Positions 54,684 to 62,797 of a stretch of DNA of 64,000 nucleotides are shown here, one piece after another. The position numbers and the translations under genes were made by a program. The DNA is from Acidimicrobiia bacterium (GTDB taxonomy: Bacteria; Actinomycetota; Acidimicrobiia; Spongiisociales; ZC4RG35), in the NCBI GenBank assembly GCA_050741975.1, contig JBOGET010000065.1, positions 3,098-67,097 of the forward strand. The letters run 5' to 3'. Position 1 is the first letter of the stretch; each line of letters starts with the position of its first letter. A model generated the notes under the pieces. That model saw only the letters and a list, made by a program, of their open reading frames with translations. It was not told the origin of the DNA and ran no database searches.

Positions 54684-55534
54684 CAGGAGGCTCCGGCCAG
54701 GGTCATGAAGGCCTCCTCCAGGGAGGACTGCTTCTCCACCAGGGCAGCCTCCTCACCCAGCACCGACCGGACCGAGGACAACGGTGTGCCGGGCACTCGC
54801 AGGCGGGCCCCGGTGGGCAGGACGGGAAAACCGGCATTCTCCAGCACGGCCAGGGTTACGGACGGGTCGGCCGGTGTCGCCTCGACTGTGATCTGTCCAT
54901 CGACGATCCCGGCCACCGTCCCGGTCGCCACCACCCGCCCCGCGGAGAGGAACACCAGACGATCACACTGCTCGGCCTCATCCATGTGGTGGGTGGTGAC
55001 GAGGGCGCCGGCACCGTCGTCGACGGCGTCGTGGATCGTGTCCCAGAGGTCCGCCCTTCCCAGCGGGCCGACCCCGGAGGTGGGCTCGTCGAGCACCAGG
55101 AGATCCGGGTGGTGGGAGAGAGCGGCTACGAACGCCGCCCGCCGTCGAAGTCCGAGGGGCAGATCTGCGACCAGGGTCTCGGCGAACGGGGCGAGATCGT
55201 CGTCGAGTGAGGGCAGCTCGATCCCGAAGACCCGTGCCGTGAACTCCAGGTTCTCACCGACGGTCAGGTCCTCGTAGAGACCCATGGTCTGAGGCATGTA
55301 ACCGATACGGCGCCGGGTGGCCCGGGTCGGTGCCTCGCCGAAGAGCATCACGTACCCCTGATCCGGGGAGAGGAGCCCCAGCAGCATCCTGATGAAGGTG
55401 GTCTTGCCGGCGCCATTGGCCCCGACCAGACCGACGATCTCCCCGGCCGAGATCGAGAGGGTCACCCCGTCTACCGCCAGGTTGTCCCCGAACCGTTTGC
55501 TGATCGCCTCGGTCCGAGCCAGCCGCTCGCTCAC
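54683..55534 (-). CDS. ABC transporter ATP-binding protein (second ATPase, degenerate signature)
   Basis: ORF 54683..55660 trimmed to GTG 55534 (GTGA overlap). Contains GANGAGKTT and LVLDEPTSG. The signature position reads LPLGLRR instead of LSGGQ. Confidence 0.85.
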   Translation of the reverse strand: MSERLARTEAISKRFGDNLAVDGVTLSISAGEIVGLVGANGAGKTTFIRMLLGLLSPDQGYVMLFGEAPTRATRRRIGYMPQTMGLYEDLTVGENLEFTARVFGIELPSLDDDLAPFAETLVADLPLGLRRRAAFVAALSHHPDLLVLDEPTSGVGPLGRADLWDTIHDAVDDGAGALVTTHHMDEAEQCDRLVFLSAGRVVATGTVAGIVDGQITVEATPADPSVTLAVLENAGFPVLPTGARLRVPGTPLSSVRSVLGEEAALVEKQSSLEEAFMTLAGAS

Positions 55535-56340
55535 CCTGCCCTCCTCCGGGAGAGGGCGGCGGCGGTCACCACATCCTCGAGATCGGGGGCGATCTTCCGA
55601 GCACCTGCCGGGACCTGTCCTTCGGGCGCCCAAATCCGCCACGAGTTTCCCCGACGCCATGAGGAGAGACCTGGGGGACGGCTCCCCATGACCCCCAACG
55701 AGCCGGGGAACGAATCCCGGATCGACTCGGCGGTGCCCGATGCCAGCACCCGCCCCCCATCGAGGACCACCACATGCGATGCCCGCTCGGCCTCGTTGAG
55801 ATAGGTGGTCGTGGCCATCACCGCCGTCCCTTCACCAGCGGCTCGAGCCAGGAGACGCCACACCCCTGCCCGGCTCACCGGGTCGAGCCCCGTGGTCGGC
55901 TCGTCGAGCACGGTCAGCTCGGGTCGGGGGAGCATCGCCATCGCCACCGCCAGCTTCTGCCGCATCCCCCCGGAAAGCTCCCCGGCGAGCCGATTGGCGG
56001 CTGGTCCGAGACCGGTCACCTGCAAGAGCTCACGATATCGGTCGGAGGCGGCGGCGATCCCGTGAGCCGAGGCCACAAAGGACAGATTCTCGGTGACCGT
56101 GAGGTCGCGCCAGGTCCCGGCGGCCTCGGGCTGGTAGCCGATGGAGTCTCCCGAAGGACGACGCACCGTGCCGGCTGATGGGGAGAGGAGGCCGACCAGG
56201 GTGCGGGCGGTGGTGGTCTTTCCCGCTCCGTCGGCCCCGATCACTGCGGTGATCGCGCCAGGTTGGAGGTCGAGGTCCACGTCCTCGATGGCCATCTTGC
56301 CCCCGAAGTCCACGGTGACGCCGTCGAGGCCGAAGCTCAT
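55531..56340 (-). CDS. ABC transporter ATP-binding protein (first ATPase)
   Basis: Composite ORF 55531..57381 trimmed to ATG 56340 (MSFGLDGVTV), with a 4-nt overlap with the permease. Contains GADGAGKTT, LSGGMRQK and TVLDEPTTG. Confidence 0.85.
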   Translation of the reverse strand: MSFGLDGVTVDFGGKMAIEDVDLDLQPGAITAVIGADGAGKTTTARTLVGLLSPSAGTVRRPSGDSIGYQPEAAGTWRDLTVTENLSFVASAHGIAAASDRYRELLQVTGLGPAANRLAGELSGGMRQKLAVAMAMLPRPELTVLDEPTTGLDPVSRAGVWRLLARAAGEGTAVMATTTYLNEAERASHVVVLDGGRVLASGTAESIRDSFPGSLGVMGSRPPGLSSWRRGNSWRIWAPEGQVPAGARKIAPDLEDVVTAAALSRRRAG

Positions 56341-57362
56341 GCCACCGCCCGGGTCTCGGCCACCCGGGACGGTGCCAGGTCGGAGCGAAACCTGAGCACG
56401 GCCAGACCGAACACGACCAGCCCGAGCACTGTCAGCAGCGCAAGCGGGAGGGCGATCGCCTCGAGTGGCGAATCCTTGAGCATCACCCCTCGGGCGATCT
56501 GGTTGAAGTAGGTGAGGGGGAGCAGATAACCGATCCAGCGAACACCGGCTGCCATCGACTCGAGGGGGAAGATGAGGCCGGAGAGGAGGACCTGGGGGAG
56601 CAGGGTCATGATCGCCAGCTGGATGGCCTGTCCCTGGTTCTCCGAGACCGTCGAGATGAGGACCCCGGCGCCGAGGGTCACGAAGAGGAACAGCACCGCG
56701 CCGAAGGCGAGCAGCCAGATCGAGCCGACGAAGGGCACGTCGAAGAGCAGCCATCCCACGGTGAGCACGATGACCATGTCGATGCTGGCCACCACGAAGT
56801 AGGGGGCGATCTTCCCCACGAAGACGTCCCGGGGGCGTAGGGGCATCACCGCCAGTTGCTCGAGGGTCCCCGCCTGACGCTCCCGGACCACGCCGAGACT
56901 CGTGATCAGCGAGCCGACGAACAACAGCACCAGACCGGCCAGACCCGGCACCAGCACGGCCGAGGTGTCGAGCTCGGGGTTGAAAAGGACCTCCGTGCTC
57001 ACCGGCACTCCTCGGGCGGCGGCGGCGGTGAGGGCCTGCACCGCGGCCCGGGCGGTGAAGAGCTCGGATCCGTCTATGGAGGCGGACAGCCCGGATTCGC
57101 CGGCCACGACCACCACGTCCGCCTCGCCGAATCGAAGGATGTCGACCGGGTCGGCGCGGGTGGTCTCCGCCATCTCGAACACGTCGGGAAGCGCCGCTCC
57201 TTGGGGCAGCCCCTGGGGGACGGCGACCTCGATCTTGGTGACGTCGAAGCTGGCGGCATAGCCGAACACCACCAGCAGCATGATCGGCATCACGATCATC
57301 ATCGCCAGCGTCCGGCGGTCCCTCCGCACCTGACGAACTTCCTTGATCACCATCGCCCACAC
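56337..57362 (-). CDS. ABC-2 type permease (YbhR/YbhS-like)
   Basis: 341 aa with GTG start and AAGGAGG 5 nt upstream. It has one N-terminal TM, a large loop, then 5 TM spans. Confidence 0.85.
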   Translation of the reverse strand: MWAMVIKEVRQVRRDRRTLAMMIVMPIMLLVVFGYAASFDVTKIEVAVPQGLPQGAALPDVFEMAETTRADPVDILRFGEADVVVVAGESGLSASIDGSELFTARAAVQALTAAAARGVPVSTEVLFNPELDTSAVLVPGLAGLVLLFVGSLITSLGVVRERQAGTLEQLAVMPLRPRDVFVGKIAPYFVVASIDMVIVLTVGWLLFDVPFVGSIWLLAFGAVLFLFVTLGAGVLISTVSENQGQAIQLAIMTLLPQVLLSGLIFPLESMAAGVRWIGYLLPLTYFNQIARGVMLKDSPLEAIALPLALLTVLGLVVFGLAVLRFRSDLAPSRVAETRAVA

Positions 57363-57377
57363 CGGGGGCCTCCTTTT

Positions 57378-57420
57378 TCAACGCGCGTTGAGTTCTACAC
57401 GCGTTGAATTAGTCTGTCAA
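57378..57420 (-). promoter_or_regulatory. candidate promoter and TetR operator of the permease-ATPase-ATPase-TetR operon
   Basis: The minus strand reads TTGACA-17nt-TAGAAC-TCAACGCGCGTTGA-AAAAGGAGG-5nt-GTG. There is a perfect 14-bp palindrome at 57378..57391 and a third TTCAACGCG half-site (reverse complement of 57400..57408) inside the spacer. Confidence 0.55.
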
Positions 57421-57444
57421 GGCCCAACAGTTTCTCCGTGGCAG

Positions 57445-58176
57445 TCAGGGGGTGTGCAGCCTCGATCGGCCCAGCTCGGTCATGGCCAGATCCTGGAAGT
57501 AATGGAAGGTGGGGTCGGTGCGGTCCCGGGTGCGGGGCAGATCGACCGTCAATTGGGCCTGGATGGTGCCAGGCGAGCCGCTGAAGACGACGACCCGATC
57601 TGCCAGGACCAACGCCTCGTCGATGTCGTGGGTCACCAGGAACATCGTCGGCCGGTACCAGCCCCATACCTCCAGCAGGTGCTCCTGAAGGTCGATCCGG
57701 GTGAAGGCGTCGAGCGAGCTGAACGGCTCGTCGAGAAGAAGGACGGGTGGCTTGGTGACCAGGGCACGGGCGATCGCGGTGCGTTGAGCCATGCCCCCGG
57801 ACAGCTCCTTGGGCAACGACGAGGCGAAGGCCGATAGCCCGACCCGCTCGATGGCCTCGGCGGCCCGCCCATCCCCGCCGTCGTGCTCCAGACCGAAGGA
57901 GACATTGCGCTCCACGGTGAGCCAGGGCATCAGTCTCGGCTCCTGGAAGACGACCCCGACCGATCGGTCGGGGCCATCCACCTCATGGCCCGCCACCCGG
58001 ACCGAGCCGTGGGTCGCCGAGTCGAGACCGGCGATCAGCCGGAGCACGGTGCTCTTCCCACACCCGCTGGGGCCGATAACGGCCACGATCTCGCTGGCCT
58101 CGACGACCAGGTCCACCCCGGAGGCTGCTAGCAGGCCGCTGTCGAACCGCTTCGACACCTGACGCAGCTCGATCAT
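57445..58176 (-). CDS. ABC transporter ATP-binding protein (NitT/TauT family)
   Basis: Composite ORF 57445..59082 trimmed to ATG 58176 (MIELRQVSKRF). Contains GPSGCGKST, LSGGMAQR and LLLDEPFSSLD. Confidence 0.9.
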   Translation of the reverse strand: MIELRQVSKRFDSGLLAASGVDLVVEASEIVAVIGPSGCGKSTVLRLIAGLDSATHGSVRVAGHEVDGPDRSVGVVFQEPRLMPWLTVERNVSFGLEHDGGDGRAAEAIERVGLSAFASSLPKELSGGMAQRTAIARALVTKPPVLLLDEPFSSLDAFTRIDLQEHLLEVWGWYRPTMFLVTHDIDEALVLADRVVVFSGSPGTIQAQLTVDLPRTRDRTDPTFHYFQDLAMTELGRSRLHTP

Positions 58177-59018
58177 GCGATCGTCTCCCGGGTGAACCCG
58201 TCCTGCCAGCCGGTGAACCGGGCGCCGCTCGAGGCCAGCAGGCGGTCGGTGATCTTGCCGAGCAGGGCGAACATCACGATCGAGGCGATGATCACGGCCG
58301 GGCGCCCGGTCTGCTGGCCGTCGACCAGGAGGTAGCCCAGACCCTGGCTCGCCCCGAGGAACTCGGCGGCGACCACGAACATCCAACCCAACCCCAGACC
58401 GTTGCGCAGCCCGATCACATAGGTGGGGAGCGAGGCCGGGAGCAGGATGCGCCTGATCAGCGAGGTCGTCCCCAACCCATACACCCGGCCCACCTCCACC
58501 AGCCGCCGATCGACAGTGGCAATGGCGCCGCTGAAGGTCAGATAGACCGGGAAGAAGACTCCGAGGGCGATCATGAGGACCTTGGAGGTCTCGAAGATCC
58601 CAAACCACAGGATGAACAGGGGAGTCCAGGCGATCGACGGTATGTTCCTCAACGCCTGGAGGGTGGGGTCGAACAGTGCGCCGAACCGCTCGGAGACACC
58701 GGTCGCCGCCCCCAGCATCGTGGCGACCGTGGCTCCCAAGGCGAAACCGGCAACGACCCGGGTCGTGGTGGAGAGGACATGTCCGACCAGTTCTCCCTCG
58801 GTGGCCAGGTTGGCGATGGTGCCGGCGATGTCGGCCGGCGTCGGGATGAGGCGGGTGGACACCACTCCGCTCATGGCACCCACCTGCCACAGGGTGAGGA
58901 TCAGTGCCGGCGCGAGTAGGGCGAGCACCCAATGGGGGAGACGTCTTACTCTCCGTGCCGTGACGATGGCCCCGGGATCGGTCCGATCCCGGGGCGGTCT
59001 CGCGATGAGCCTGGTCAT
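58173..59018 (-). CDS. ABC transporter permease (NitT/TauT family)
   Basis: 281 aa with the EAA-like loop region and 4-nt overlaps on both sides. Confidence 0.85.
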   Translation of the reverse strand: MTRLIARPPRDRTDPGAIVTARRVRRLPHWVLALLAPALILTLWQVGAMSGVVSTRLIPTPADIAGTIANLATEGELVGHVLSTTTRVVAGFALGATVATMLGAATGVSERFGALFDPTLQALRNIPSIAWTPLFILWFGIFETSKVLMIALGVFFPVYLTFSGAIATVDRRLVEVGRVYGLGTTSLIRRILLPASLPTYVIGLRNGLGLGWMFVVAAEFLGASQGLGYLLVDGQQTGRPAVIIASIVMFALLGKITDRLLASSGARFTGWQDGFTRETIA

Positions 59019-60064
59019 CCCCCGTCTCCCAGCTCGGCTGTGAAGCTCTCGTCGAGAAGCTCGTCGACCGTGGCCTCGACATCGACGCCTTCCTCGAAGA
59101 CGTCTGCTTCCTGAAGGACGAACCCGGCTCCGAGAATCGACTCCCGCTGCACGGCGCCGATGGCGGGGGTGCTGAGGTCGGTCCGTTCCAACTGCCGCTC
59201 GGCCACCTCGTCGGTGAGGCCGGCGGCCTCGGCGAGGATGGCCGCCAGCTCGTCTGGGTTCTCCAGTGACCAGGTCCGGCCCCGCTCGTAGGCGGCGATC
59301 ACAGCCTCGACGATGTCCGGGTGTTCGGCGGCGAAGGTCTCGTCGACGTTGAGGACGCCCCAGGTGTTCAACTCCGGTGCCCGGTAGAAGAGGACGGCCC
59401 CCTGCTCCAGCTCCGCTTCTGCCATCATCGGGTCGAGACCGGCCCAGGCGTCAACGTCACCGTTGATCAGCGCATTTCGCCCGTCGGCGTGCTGAAGGAG
59501 GACCTCTTCGATGTCGGCCTCGGTCAGCCCATGGTCGGACAGCGCCCGGACCAGGAAGATGTACGGGTCGGTGCCGCGGGTGACGGCCACGGTCTTCCCG
59601 GCCAGATCCTCGACGCTGGTGATCCCGCTGTCACCGTTGGTGACCAATGCGGTCCATTCCGGCTGGGAGTAGGCATAGACAGACCTGATCGGCGTCCCGT
59701 TGATCTTGGCGAGGAGGGCGGCGGCGCCGGCCGAGGACCCGAACTGGATACTCCTCGCGGCCAGGAACTCGAGCGCCTTGTTGCTCCCGGCCGACTGGAC
59801 CCAGTTGACCTCGATCCCTTCCAGCTCCTCCTCGAGCCAGCCCTTGTCCCGGAGGACCAGGCTCACCGGGTTGTAGTAGGCCCAGTCGACGGTGATTTTC
59901 TCGACTTGCCCGGCTTTTCCGCTCACGCCACCGCAGGCGACGGCCAGCAGTGACAAGGCCAGGATCATGGATCCGATTGACAGCGGGCGTTGGCGTATTG
60001 TCGATCGACGGGGTGAGTTTGTTCGAATGGTGTCGGCGGTCCTGCCGGCGGCGAGAGGTCTCAT
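59015..60064 (-). CDS. ABC substrate-binding lipoprotein (NMT1/SsuA/ThiY-like)
   Basis: ORF 59015..60190 trimmed to ATG 60064, with AGGAG upstream. The signal/lipobox is LALSLLAVAC. Contains WAYYNPVSLVLRDKGWLEEEL. Confidence 0.8.
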   Translation of the reverse strand: MRPLAAGRTADTIRTNSPRRSTIRQRPLSIGSMILALSLLAVACGGVSGKAGQVEKITVDWAYYNPVSLVLRDKGWLEEELEGIEVNWVQSAGSNKALEFLAARSIQFGSSAGAAALLAKINGTPIRSVYAYSQPEWTALVTNGDSGITSVEDLAGKTVAVTRGTDPYIFLVRALSDHGLTEADIEEVLLQHADGRNALINGDVDAWAGLDPMMAEAELEQGAVLFYRAPELNTWGVLNVDETFAAEHPDIVEAVIAAYERGRTWSLENPDELAAILAEAAGLTDEVAERQLERTDLSTPAIGAVQRESILGAGFVLQEADVFEEGVDVEATVDELLDESFTAELGDGG

Positions 60065-60280
60065 GAGGCACTCCTGATTCATGTCGAATGTCGCAGGGAC
60101 GACGCCACAAGGCGGCTCTCGGGTGGTGGCGTCTAGGAGTGCGAACGACGAGCGTCGACATCCGGGCGGATCACCCGAGAGTGTCGACACATACCCATGG
60201 AGGTGTAGTGGCTCGTCACGAGGGCGGCACCGTAGTCACCGGTCCCCAAACCTCACAATCGGGATGCCTGCGAACCTCGG

Positions 60281-61420
60281 TCACCTGCTCGGGACCACGC
60301 AGTCGTCCATCGAACGGGGAGGGCCCTCGACATCGAACAGCTCGGGCTCGGGGGCGGCGATCGGGTACTCGTCGGTGGTCACGAACCGGACCAGTGCCCG
60401 GTACACCGCTTCGGCATAGGCCTGGCGAAAGGCATCGGTCATTATCAACGCCTCCTCCGACGGGTTGGAGATGTAGGCGCCCTCCACGATCACCGCCGTC
60501 ACCTCGGAGCGCGCCAGCACCGAGTAGTAGTCGTCGCCGTCGTTCCCCACCCGGCTGCTCAGACCATCACCCTCGCCCCCGACCCAGTCTGCTTCGAACC
60601 GGGATAGGGCGGTGAGCAGTTCCTCGACGATGAGACCGCCGAGGCGGGGAGACTCGGGGTCGGACACCGACACGAACGCCGAGCTGCCGGGATGATCGAG
60701 CTCGCGTGTCGGCTCGGTGTTGTGATGGATCGAGACCAGGGCCGTCGCATCGACGGCGTTTCCCAGGGCTGCCCTGAAGGTGAGGCCCAGCTCGTAGTCG
60801 CCACCATTGGGACCTGCCGGGTAGCGGGTCATGATGGCGGTCGCCGACGCCGGCACCGAAGTGCCCGGTGTCACTGCACCTGTCGCCCAGTCGATGTCGT
60901 GCGAGCTTTGGAGGAGGTCGACGAGGCGGGACGCCACCTCGATGTTGACCTCGGCCTCGGTGAGGCCACTACGCCCGACCGCCCCCAGATCGGGGAACCC
61001 GTGGCCGGGGTCGATCACGAAGACCGATTGGCCCATCTCACCGTTTCGCTCGGTTGGGACGTAGCCGACATCGACCTGATCGGCCTCGACCCGCCCGGGC
61101 CGGTTGCAGCTGTCGAGGACCTCGAATCCCGTCTCGGTCGTGGTGGTCACGGGGAAGATGATCCCGTCTGCGATCACCTCCCTCTCTCCTTCGGGGCCGG
61201 TGGAGAGAATGGTCCCCTCCCGGCTGACCACGTAGCCGACGACGCCGTCCCCGACCGACTCGGCGACGGTCGCTGCACGGGCGGGATCGGGGGCCCCGGA
61301 CACTGCACTGAGACGCCCGGCGAAGACGCCTCCGAAGAGGGCAACGGCGAGGACGACGACCGCAACCAGGCGGGAAGAGCTCAAATCAGAACAAACAGCA
61401 GAGGGGGCACAGGACAGCAC
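60281..61420 (-). CDS. N-acetylmuramoyl-L-alanine amidase (Amidase_3) with N-terminal membrane anchor
   Basis: 379 aa. Contains VFVIDPGHGFPDLGAVG, ALVSIHHN and AVIVEGAYISNPSE. The start is uncertain (GTG 61420, or the in-frame TTG 11 codons downstream). Confidence 0.8.
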   Translation of the reverse strand: MLSCAPSAVCSDLSSSRLVAVVVLAVALFGGVFAGRLSAVSGAPDPARAATVAESVGDGVVGYVVSREGTILSTGPEGEREVIADGIIFPVTTTTETGFEVLDSCNRPGRVEADQVDVGYVPTERNGEMGQSVFVIDPGHGFPDLGAVGRSGLTEAEVNIEVASRLVDLLQSSHDIDWATGAVTPGTSVPASATAIMTRYPAGPNGGDYELGLTFRAALGNAVDATALVSIHHNTEPTRELDHPGSSAFVSVSDPESPRLGGLIVEELLTALSRFEADWVGGEGDGLSSRVGNDGDDYYSVLARSEVTAVIVEGAYISNPSEEALIMTDAFRQAYAEAVYRALVRFVTTDEYPIAAPEPELFDVEGPPRSMDDCVVPSR

Positions 61421-61493
61421 ATCACCGGCGCCAACTCAATTCGTGGGTGTCTCGGCCCACCAAACCGTCTGAGCGCTCTACCGTCGGTGTCTG

Positions 61494-62321
61494 ATGGCAA
61501 CGCTCGACGCCAAGAAACGGGCCAGCCTGCCCAACAGTGCCTTCGCCTATGTCGATTCGAAGGGGAATCGACGTCTGCCCATCAACGACGAGGCACATGT
61601 TCGCAATGCCCTCTCCCGTTTCAATCAGGTCAAGTTCGAGAGCAACGGGGCCCGGGAGAAGGCCTTCCGCCGTCTGCTCAAGGCCGCCAGCGACTACGGG
61701 ATCGCCCCTGTGGGATTTGTCACCCGGCAGCTGCGGGAGGCGGCGCGCTCAGGCGAATCCGCCGATCTTCCCATCGGCATGATCACACTCCTGCTCACCG
61801 ACATCGAGGGGTCGACCGGGCTGGTCCACGAGTTGGGTGATCGATACCAGATGCTGCTCGAGGAGGTGCGCAGCCTGATCCGGGAAGTCGTCGAGGCCCA
61901 CGACGGGTATGAGGTCGACGCCAGGGCCGACGAGTTCTTCGCCGCATTCGGGCGGGCGGCCGATGCCATCGAATCCGCGGTTGAGATCCAGGGACGCATG
62001 GCGGGGAGAACCTGGCCCGGAGGGCGCCGGGTCAAGGTGCGGATCGGGCTCCACACCGGAAGCCCTGCCCTGACCGACACCGGGTACGTCGGCCTTCCGG
62101 TCCACGTCATGGCCCGGGTCTGCTCGGCGAGTCACGGGGGCCAGGTCTTGATGACGACCGCCACCCGGGACGAGTACGGGGAGGTCGGGCGACCCGTCTC
62201 GTTCCGGAGCCTCGGCCATCACCAACTCCAGGGACTGCCCCAAGCCGAAGAGCTGTTCCAGGTATTGGGCCCGGGTCTCGAACGCGACTTTCCCGCTCTC
62301 CGGGTTCCCGACGGCGGGTGA
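61494..62321 (+). CDS. fusion of an N-terminal small domain (DUF6582-like) with a class III adenylate/guanylate cyclase domain
   Basis: 275 aa. The N-terminal part is LPNSAFAYVDSKGNRRLPINDEAHVRNALSRFNQV. The cyclase part is ITLLLTDIEGST, ADEFFAAF, VRIGLHTG and GLPVHVMARV. Confidence 0.75.
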   Translation: MATLDAKKRASLPNSAFAYVDSKGNRRLPINDEAHVRNALSRFNQVKFESNGAREKAFRRLLKAASDYGIAPVGFVTRQLREAARSGESADLPIGMITLLLTDIEGSTGLVHELGDRYQMLLEEVRSLIREVVEAHDGYEVDARADEFFAAFGRAADAIESAVEIQGRMAGRTWPGGRRVKVRIGLHTGSPALTDTGYVGLPVHVMARVCSASHGGQVLMTTATRDEYGEVGRPVSFRSLGHHQLQGLPQAEELFQVLGPGLERDFPALRVPDGG

Positions 62322-62339
62322 GCCCTTGTCGTTCCCTCG

Positions 62340-62759
62340 CTACAGGGCTCGCATCCGGTTGTTACGAGCGTTGTGCTCGACCTCTGCCAGACCGAGGGCC
62401 TCGAGGACCGGCGGCACATAGTTGCCCACCCGGCCACGCAGACCCTTCTTCAGCCCGTACCAGCCACCGATCGGGTTCTCGGGGGATCGGGCCCAAGCCT
62501 CCACGGTGCCCTCTGCGGCCGGCTTCTGCTCGTCGGCGTTGCCCAGGGGCACCCAATCGCCCCGATCTTTGAGCATCTGGTGCAGGTCCTCGATGATGCG
62601 AAGGTCGTAACGGAGGACCGTGGTTCCCACGGTGCAGACCAAGACCGGGGGATCGTGGTCCTCGTCCCGGTGCATCATGATCTCCGAGCCCAGACTGGGT
62701 GTCTTTAGGACCCAGGCGTCTTCGGCGGTGCCAGAGCCGGTGAACGGCGCTGCGGGCAT
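62340..62759 (-). CDS. conserved hypothetical protein
   Basis: 139 aa with GAAGGAG upstream: GTAEDAWVLKTP..LVCTVGTTVLRY..GDWVPLG..GGWYGLKKG..PPVLEALGLAEVEHNARNNRMRA. I cannot name the family with confidence. Confidence 0.65.
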   Translation of the reverse strand: MPAAPFTGSGTAEDAWVLKTPSLGSEIMMHRDEDHDPPVLVCTVGTTVLRYDLRIIEDLHQMLKDRGDWVPLGNADEQKPAAEGTVEAWARSPENPIGGWYGLKKGLRGRVGNYVPPVLEALGLAEVEHNARNNRMRAL

Positions 62760-62772
62760 GGCGGCTCCTTCG

Positions 62773-62795
62773 GTAACTGTTTTGTTACATTAACA
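62773..62795. promoter_or_regulatory. candidate ArsR operator: overlapping inverted repeats GTAACtgttttGTTAC and TGTTAcatTAACA
   Basis: AT-rich 38-bp divergent gap. A TACATT -10-like hexamer ends 6 nt before the arsR-family ATG and there is no SD, so the mRNA is probably leaderless. Confidence 0.5.
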
Positions 62796-62797
62796 CC

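Noticed and set aside
60065-60280. TPP, SAM-I/IV or cobalamin riboswitch in the transporter leader
   Set aside because: I could not find the CUGAGA/ACCUGAUC (TPP), SAM core or CCCGCCACUG (B12) elements by eye. The region is kept only as an unexplained leader.
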